64,000 nt of DNA from NCBI RefSeq assembly GCF_006345805.1, contig NC_042998.1, positions 65,906,001 through 65,970,000 on the forward strand. Direction: 5' to 3'. The position numbers were made by a program, and so were the translations under genes. Origin of the DNA: Octopus sinensis (Eukaryota). Position 1 is the first letter of the stretch. Every line of letters begins with the position of its first letter. Below, one piece after another: positions 55,831-64,000 of the stretch. Under the pieces are notes generated by a model. It made no database searches. It worked only from the letters and a program-made list of their open reading frames with translations, and was not told the origin of the DNA.

Positions 55831-56894
55831 AAGGAACGACCCCGCATGCACTTGTGCAAAATATGAAACTAATGTGTAAAAGCTTAACTTTTCTGCTCTA
55901 AATTCTTGTATAAGAATGGACATTTGTATGAGAAAAGCAACATATATATATATATAGGAATATGTGTATCATGTGTGTTATAAAATTATGCTATATTGCT
56001 TTATAAACGATATCGATACCCGTATATGTAAATAAATAAAACTACCATATTTAAAAAACAACGATTGAAAATAATGAGAATTCTGTGTGCAAAAAAAAAA
56101 TCTTGAAAGATAAAGATATAAACTACCCTCAATATTCTGTTTGATATTCTTTGATGCAAATATAGATAATTACTCTAAACAGGGAATAATAATGGGAACG
56201 GAAATGAGATTTCCATCTAAAGCAATAAAATACTGAACAGATAATATCCGGCTTCGCTGACTGAATTAAGGTTATATTTCCTGCAAACAAAATCTATTTG
56301 AAACAACGGAAAGATGAAGAGACAAGATTAAAATTATATTCCGAAAAATACTAATTGTTTGAAAGAGAAAACTTGAAAACTATTGCAGATTAGCATACAA
56401 TGTCAGTTTAGTGTGGGATTTATTGTTTCGATAAAAGAAAACACAAATCTTTACATAAAATTATTTTCCATATTCAGTTTTGTGATTTATATTTTAAAGA
56501 ACCGTCTAAGGAAATATGAGTCACAAAGTCGACCGATTCTAATTTTCTGGTGCTTCAGTTTTCCCATGACGTGAGTCGGTGCCAATCTGAATGTTAAAAT
56601 GCACAGCACATACAATCTACTTGTCCAGTTGTTCAATTTAAGTTTGAGAAATATGATATGGAAATAATGTTTACCACAATCAGTTTGTCAGTTTCCACAG
56701 CTGTATTACAGTGTATTCTGTATAAGGAAATGATATATATAAGGACTAAAATCAGAAGATGATAGTTAATAACGAAACGCTTTAAAAGAATCCTCCAGAT
56801 TATTTTAGAAACCTGTAATTACGAAAAGAAAATAAATTCTTTTTATCATTTGATTTGAAATACGTTACTTGAAAACGCTCGTTTCGTACGGTAA

Positions 56895-57990
56895 TTCAAT
56901 AATGTATGTGAGAATATGAATTCAGAACGGATCTTCGTGTAATGATGAGATCCAACTGGTGCCAGTGGTGAAATGCCTTGTGGGATGTCTTGTTGGCAAA
57001 GAATGTGTTGGTGATGCACAGGTTATGGTATGTACATATTTCAAGCAGTCTCTGACCATTGTCATTCAAGTTGCCAATACCAGAGTGTCCGACACAAATG
57101 AGCCACGAGTCATGGTCAGATCCCACGTGAGCGTTAAAATCTCTTAGAGGGTAGATGTTTTCGTTGGTTGGTATGTTTCTAAAGACACAGCTTCGTAGAA
57201 CTGGGAGTCTTGTCTCCTGAAGTACAGCAATGTCTATGTTGAGCCTCTTTAGTTCGCGGTCAATGTTGGCCGTCTTTCTTGTGTCTTCAAACCTGAGTAG
57301 GTCATCAGATATTCCAGGGCACATGGTCCTGACATTCCAGCTTGCTAACAGCAGAACTGGTGGGGTTTTGTCTTTTGATTTTTTGCTTGGTACACAGTGT
57401 GCAGGCCGCTTTTCAAGTCAAACTCTTAGCGCCAAGCACCCAATTAAGCAGGCAACCTGTGGCGGGTCAGCACCTTAGTAACCGGGGGCTGCCCAGTTTG
57501 AGGTGGGCAGTAGCTAACCAATGGGACACGACGGTCCCTCCCACCGTCAGAGGTAACTTGTAGCGCCCATATCCTACGCCAATCAGTATGAACTTATCAC
57601 TCGTGACTGCTACCTCCCGTGTTTTTTCTGACACTTTTTACAGCAGCACTGAAGCGTCCTCTTCAGTTTTGTGCAGGCCTGGGCTAGATATAAGAAAATC
57701 CTGGATAGCCCAATCGTCAGGATTCCTCACTCCATCTTGCTAACGTCGTCTAAAGGATTGCAGAGCATTACGTTTGGCACCAGCTTGATTGCAGGAGCTG
57801 CCAGGAGAGTGTCGAGTCGAACACTCAACCGCTCCCGGGGCTCCACTCCGGAGTTCTTTGAAGGTTGTCTCCTTTTCCGTAATCCTGGATACGGGCCCAT
57901 ACCGGGAACTGACAGCCGGAGCAAGCTGATCCCGGGACTCGTGTCAGGCAGGGTTGTCACTCCCTGGAGTAGTGAAGAAAATCGCTACAC
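56895..57990 (-). mobile_element. RTE-clade LINE 5' part (5' UTR and APE endonuclease), 3'-truncated
   Basis: SWNVRTM, LKRLNIDIAVLQETRL, DFNAHVG, GNLNDNGQRLLE, LCITNTFF and HWHQLDL. Confidence 0.88.
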
Positions 57991-58035
57991 ACTACCTACC
58001 AACAACAACAATAATAATAATAATAATAATAATAA

Positions 58036-58224
58036 CCTTGAGAAGTACATGGAACAAATAGGGACTGTAATAATGATGGCGCACTTGCAGAAAACAGCAC
58101 TGCTTGGAACTGCTCGAATATTGCCGAAGGTGCTCGAAAAGTAAGAGGTGTCAACTTAGTTCCTTGGTAGTGAACAGTTGACACCGTAGCTAACACTCTC
58201 CAGCGTTAGAAGATGTGAAAAAGC

Positions 58225-58225
<1 letters not shown>
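58036..58225 (+). mobile_element. R4/Dong-like extreme 3' end between (AAT)n tracts
   Basis: LQKTALLGTARILPKVLE*, then 3' UTR and (AAT)n. Confidence 0.88.
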
Positions 58226-58283
<58 letters not shown>

Positions 58284-58339
58284 TGATGATGATGATTATG
58301 ATGATGATGATGATGAGGAGGATTGGGGAGGAGGAGGGC

Positions 58340-59600
58340 GATGACGACGACGAAAAGGCGAAAAGAGAGTACCTGCAGCGAGTAAGAAAAATATTGGCTT
58401 CAAATCTGAATGCAAGAAATATAATTTCGGCAATAAATTCGCACGTAGTTTTAGTAGTTCGATATGACGTTGGAATGCTGAAGTGGCCTGAGAAGAGCTA
58501 AAATAGATGGACAGGAATTCAAGAAAACTCCTAGCGATGCATGGAGCCCACCATCAGCGTGCAGACACTGATCGGTCAAACATGAAGAGAGCAACTAGAG
58601 GAAGGAGACTGATAAGTGTGGAAGACTGCGTGCAGATCAAATCGAGAGTTTAATGGGATACCTAGCCCAAAGTAAGAACACCTTACTAGTGACAGTGAGG
58701 ACCACGGGTGTATTGAGAGCAGAGAAAACATGGAAAACAAAGGAAGAAGTACAAAAAGGACATGAAGAAAATTTAGGCAAGAGAGACTACAAATCAATTC
58801 AATATAGCCACCACGGAAGTTGCGGGAAAAATACGTAGGATTGGCTGACGAAAGGAAGCCTAAAAAGGAGACCGAGAGCACTATACTGGCAGCAAAGGAC
58901 CAATTTCCTGCCATGAACTGGACGGTGAACCTTTGAAATGAGCAAGTGTCTCCGCTCTGTCCCGCATCTGCAGGGTAGCGGATGAAACTATCGCCTATAT
59001 CACGAGCAAATGCCCTAAACTTTCCAAAACCAGTACAAGTTGTGGTGACACGACCAATTAGCGAAAGTGTTCACTGGTAACTGTGCGAAAAGCGAGGGCT
59101 AAAGAGAGGTAAGGCATGGTATGAGCACAAACCGCAGACAGTGGCAGAGTCAGAAACTAGAAAAATTCTCTGGGATTTCCCAATCCAAACAGAATAGGTG
59201 GTAGAGCAAGACACACCGGACATCGTGTTGATGGACAAGGTGCACCAATTATGCTATATAGCTGATGTTGCATGCACCTTTGACCCAAGAATAACGAAGA
59301 GGGCGAAATAAACTTCCTAAGTATAGGCTAAGTAGGAAATAGTCCGGCTATTGAAAATGAAGGTGAAGACAGTGCCAGTTATTCTTGGGTTCTTCGGAAC
59401 AGTATCAGATTGCATGAAGAGGAATATCAAGGAATTTGGAATAGAGTGCCCAGTAGAACTGTTACAAAAGTTTTGCCTCCTTGGCACGATCAGAATAATC
59501 AGGAAAGAATTTGATAGCTGAAAAGAACGAATAGCCTGGTACCGTACTATGCAAGGTAGTAAGCCTGCTACGCATGCAAGGTTCCACGTTTAACGTGTGA
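58340..59600 (+). mobile_element. R4/Dong-like LINE 3' part
   Basis: KREYLQRVRKIL..NL.ARN.I.AIN, MHGAHH..ADTDR and RGGRGL, then ILWDFPIQT and PDIV. Confidence 0.85.
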
Positions 59601-59899
59601 GAGCGATAACACACTCCCCCGAAGGAATAAAGACATCAAACGGAGACTAAAACAACTGATAAGCTGTTGGATTATATCCAAGTCATACTCATTGAAATGT
59701 ATTTCTATTTTCCGATTAAAATTATGTATTTTAACTGTGTCATTTCCGAAACTGGCATAATACGTGTAAACACGCTAGCCATACTGACTAAGTGCCAAGC
59801 AAGTAATACTTATTAAAAGTTTTAAACTATATCCGTGTAAGAAATACTAAAATTTATTCCCATTTCCCAAATGTAATATATTTTAACTGGGTATCATCT

Positions 59900-62460
59900 C
59901 CATTGCTGGCACAAATCGTGTAAACACGCTCGCCACGCTACGATCCAATCAACATCAGACCATCTCCATTTCCAGACACCATGCACAAAAAAGAATTTTT
60001 AATAAATTCAATAATACCGGTATTATTCAACCCAAGGATAACAATCGGGAAGTACGTACTTTAAAATGTGTTACACAAAAAGTACGAAAAAATAAACGTA
60101 CAAAACCATTTAATGCCAGAAATGAACGGACCGGTACCCTACGAAATTAATGACCATCAAAATAATGGGCCGGATGTTTCCTCTTGGCCCGTAAATAAAA
60201 CCAAAACGAGTACATATGGAAAGGCGAGGAATATATTTCAATCTAACACGCTTATTTTATAGCAGTGCTCTACCCAAAGAACGAAAGCACAACATATACT
60301 TATAAAATCAGGAAGAAAAATAATCTAGATAAAGATTTGGATACAGCTATGAATCATAATAAACTAACTAACATATGAAAATGTATTCTCAAAACAAAAA
60401 CAAATATTAGAAATAGAAATAGAACACTTAAAAGGAAAAATACATCAGGAAGATATAGATAACAACCACAGCAATGTTAAATGATATTATAATCACTGGG
60501 ACTGTAAAACACGAAGACAGACGTAACACGATCAACAAAAACGAAGTAAACAACAAACCCAGACCGCATGAATGTGTAATGAGGAGCAAAATGCACCAAA
60601 CCAGAGCACCACCGAAAACAGTATAACCAGGAAGGAATACGAAACAAATCTAAAACCTGGAAACAGTGAAAGTGAAACTAATGTTTATGATAATCTAAAA
60701 AAAAGAGCATAATCAAAGAACTGATAACCACAGATCTCAGTATGGACGACCGATTGTACCTCCCAAAAATTAAAACCGATACTAAAATGATATCAAAAAT
60801 AAATAGCATGGATCTGGCCGTCACAGAACTAATAGCTATAGAAACGAATGTCAATATGACCAGGCTAAATGATATAATATATGCAACAGCCGCTGTAGCG
60901 ACAAAGAAAGCTGGATACTCACTCAAGCCCATTCAAACAGGAGTACCACCGCCCAAATAAACTCTGTGGGTAAATAAAATCCAAAAAAGTAGAAAACAAG
61001 AGAAAAGTTCTGTCAGTCCTTAACGAAACTATTAATCAACACTGTTCAACAAGTAGAGAATAAAAATACTACGTAAATACAAAATTACAGAACAAGGTAT
61101 AGCTGAGGTAAAAGAAGAGCTAAAGCAAGATATCCTGGACAAAGCACAAAGAATCCGCCGGTATGAGAAACTGCAACGTACTTTTGAACAAAACAAACAG
61201 TTCAACGCCAACCACAAATGATTCTACCAAGAACTCAGCAAAAAGAAAATAGAGATCAACGCGGCACTAACACCCGAAGACGTGGAAGGATTTTGGAAAT
61301 ACGTTCATCGAAGGAACAACCTCAGAAAAGGTCTATCAAAATAACGAAATCAGCCCCTGGACAACTCTGCATCCCATAACTACTGAAGAGGTAGCCGAGG
61401 TACTCCAAATACTAAGCAACTAGAAGGCACCCAGGCACAATAAAATCCCCACCTTCTTGTTAAAATATCTGAGAGGAACACGTAAAATGCTGACTAATAA
61501 ATTTATTGAGATACTAGCACAGCCAGAGACAATGCCTGAATGGCTCATTAAAGGGAGATCTATCTTAATTCCCAAATCCACTGAAACGGCAAACCACAAA
61601 ATTACAGACCGTTAACTCGTCTCCTTACAATTTACAAAGCCTTTACTGCAATAATATCACAGAGAATGAGCAAGCATCTGCAAGAAAACTACTTGTTTCC
61701 CTAAGAGCAGAATGGGTATTTCAAGGGCTCATTCGGCTGTAAATATCTGCTAATGATCAATACAACTCTAACCCAAAACAACCGCAGAAAAAACGGTCTA
61801 ATTATGGCCTGCATCGATTACCGAAATGCTTTTGATAATATTCTCGATACATGGATCCTAGAAACACTAGCGATGTACAAAGTAGCACCAATAATCATAA
61901 CATATATAAAGCATTCCATGAATAAATGGCAGACAATGCTACAGCTCCAGACAAATGAGAGAGTTATAAAATCCAAAGACAGGTTTTTATTACTCCCTCA
62001 TTTGCCCCTCATGTTCCAGGGAGACACGCTCTCTCCACTCCTTTTCTGCTTGGGACTGACACCTGTATCTGTTGTGCTAAACAAAACTGGATGTGAATAC
62101 AACTGCTACGGCAAAGCAATCAGCCAGTAATATATGGATGATATTAACCTGCTCGCTACAATTGGTAAATAGCTGGAAAAATTACTATAGACAGTACATG
62201 AATTTACCAAATAAATAAGCATGATTATCTGGTTTAGAAAAATGTGCGGAAGCAACCTTGAAAGGAGGAAAACTGGTTAAGAGTAGGAACATCACACTAG
62301 ATAAAGCAAATGAAATGAGAGTATTAGACCAAAGCCAAATATACAGATATTTAAGAATCGATGAAATAGATACGATACAACAAAAACAAGTGAAAGAAAA
62401 ATAAATACTATACACGAGTTAGATAAATACTAAAAACAGGGCTCAGTTTTAAAACAAACT
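59900..62460 (+). mobile_element. RLE-type (R4/Dong-like) LINE: 5' region plus RT, decayed
   Basis: ILIPK, QNYRP, EQNG..KG..GCK, IDYRNAFD, QGDTLSPLLFCL and YMDDI in order. Confidence 0.85.
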
Positions 62461-63639
62461 CATAATCTTGTTTTGTTAAATATTGTCTAGAAGAACACTA
62501 TATACAAAACTAAATATATGACACCCTAGGCATAACACGAACATGAACCTCTAACGTATTTGTCTCTTGAAGTCTCTGAGTGAGACTTGGAGTCATCTTG
62601 TACAAATGCAAAGCAACAGTCAAACATATAATAATGATGATCATAATAATATTAATAAAAACAAGCAGAAGAAGAAGGAGAAGAAGGAGAAGAAGACGAA
62701 GAAGAAAATGAAGAAGTAGAAGAAGAACATCAACAACAATACCAACAACAAGATCATTGCTCCCCCACTACTTCTACTCATTCTCAGATATGCACATATT
62801 ATCAGTCACTAAAGGAATGCTCAACTGGTTTAGTTCAAACAACTCAAGCAAATATGTGGTATTGAGTAGAATATTTGCTGTAACCCATCTTTTATACCAA
62901 GTGATAACTTGTACATGATAACACTTCCAATCAATTAAGATCAGAAGCAATGTGGGCCAGTGTCTGGTACTGCATCAGGCCCTAATGCAGTACCAGACAC
63001 TATATAGACATTTAAATATATAATACAAACTCACAAACACACAAACACACGCCACGCACACGCACGCACACACCACGCACGCACGCACACACATACACGC
63101 ACACATTTATCTGTATTGCAATGTTTGCATCCCGTTGGTAATGAACAGTTCACCTGCTTGTCAAAATATTCATTAATAGAAGATATGATGACATCAGTTC
63201 TGCTCTTCTGATTCTACGCCATATGTTTTTCCATGCTCGGGGAACAGATGGGAATGAGGTGGGACTAAATCTGGGGAACACGAGGCTGATCAACGAGTTC
63301 AAAATCACATTCACTTAGAGCAGCCATTGAAACGAAGGACCTGTCTACTGGAGCTGTGTTCTGATCAAACAATATTCCTTTGGTCTGTTTACTTGAGCGT
63401 CTAATCTTCATAGCATTTTGAAACTACAAGTTCGCATAATACTCTGCATTGATGATATTCACCTTTTGAAGATGGTCAATAAACACAATAAATTTTGCAT
63501 CTTAAAGTCTGCGGCCATTAACTACCCTACAGATGAAATGGCCTTGGCCTTTTTTGGAGCAGGTGAAGGGGTTTTACTACTGCATGGATTGATTAATTGG
63601 CCCTGGCTCAAAGTGTTGACGCTAACACTCATCCCGGGC

Positions 63640-63990
63640 TAGGACATTTTAAATGTAACCTGCTAGATCTGATATCCCCTGATGTGATGAGGCCCGAGCG
63701 ATTTTGACTATATGTCAGTAAACGTGGCACCAACAGAGCAGGAACTTTAATCTTGATTTATAGTGAATAGCCTGTCATCAGTCACTATGTTTCGAACAGC
63801 ATCAGTGTTTTCCTCGATGGAAGCAGTTTCAGGTTTCCCAGTCCTTGAGGGATCGTGAAAACCTTCCCTTAACCTCGTAAATTCCGACGCCCACTTTCCT
63901 GATGTTGATAAAGATGGGACATCTTCATCTAATGTAGCAAGCAAAGTCAGCATGAATATCCTCGGAGCTTATATCGTAAATCCTATCGTG
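63640..63990 (-). mobile_element. mariner transposase N-terminal (HTH) fossil
   Basis: KWASEFTRLREGFHDPSRTGKPETA...ENTDAV...DDR. Confidence 0.75.
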
Positions 63991-64000
63991 TAGTATGATC

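Noticed and set aside
57770-57830. Possible HDV-like ribozyme in the RTE 5' UTR
   Set aside because: P1/P1.1/P3 could not be fitted with a canonical L3 length.
63130-63640. ORF 63418-63642 with a DD motif
   Set aside because: Only a weak YADD-like resemblance; not enough to assign.

Overview
AT-rich eukaryotic DNA made almost entirely of repeats. I infer a cephalopod, most likely Octopus, from the tRNA-derived SINE families and dense (AT)n/(GT)n/(ATC)n microsatellites. No intact host gene is supported. The window holds decayed CR1/L2-group LINEs, RTE and R4/Dong-like LINE fragments, Penelope-like remnants with hammerhead motifs, Tc1/mariner/maT fossils, a fold-back MITE family, a Helitron-like element and three SINE families (my labels A, B, C). 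Main result: two highly diverged Tx1-clade (L1-group) retroelements each split a SINE-B copy at the same position of its tRNA-derived head. One is full-length (27322-32777, minus, 15-bp TSD) and the other encodes only ORF1 (20766-22881, plus). A SINE-C composite carries a segment resembling their 3' tail. Together these suggest a SINE-targeting retrotransposon system with non-autonomous passengers. A heavily decayed LRR-TM-TIR (Toll-like receptor-like) pseudogene may lie at about 47.9-49.95 kb. All alignments were done by eye, with no database searches.
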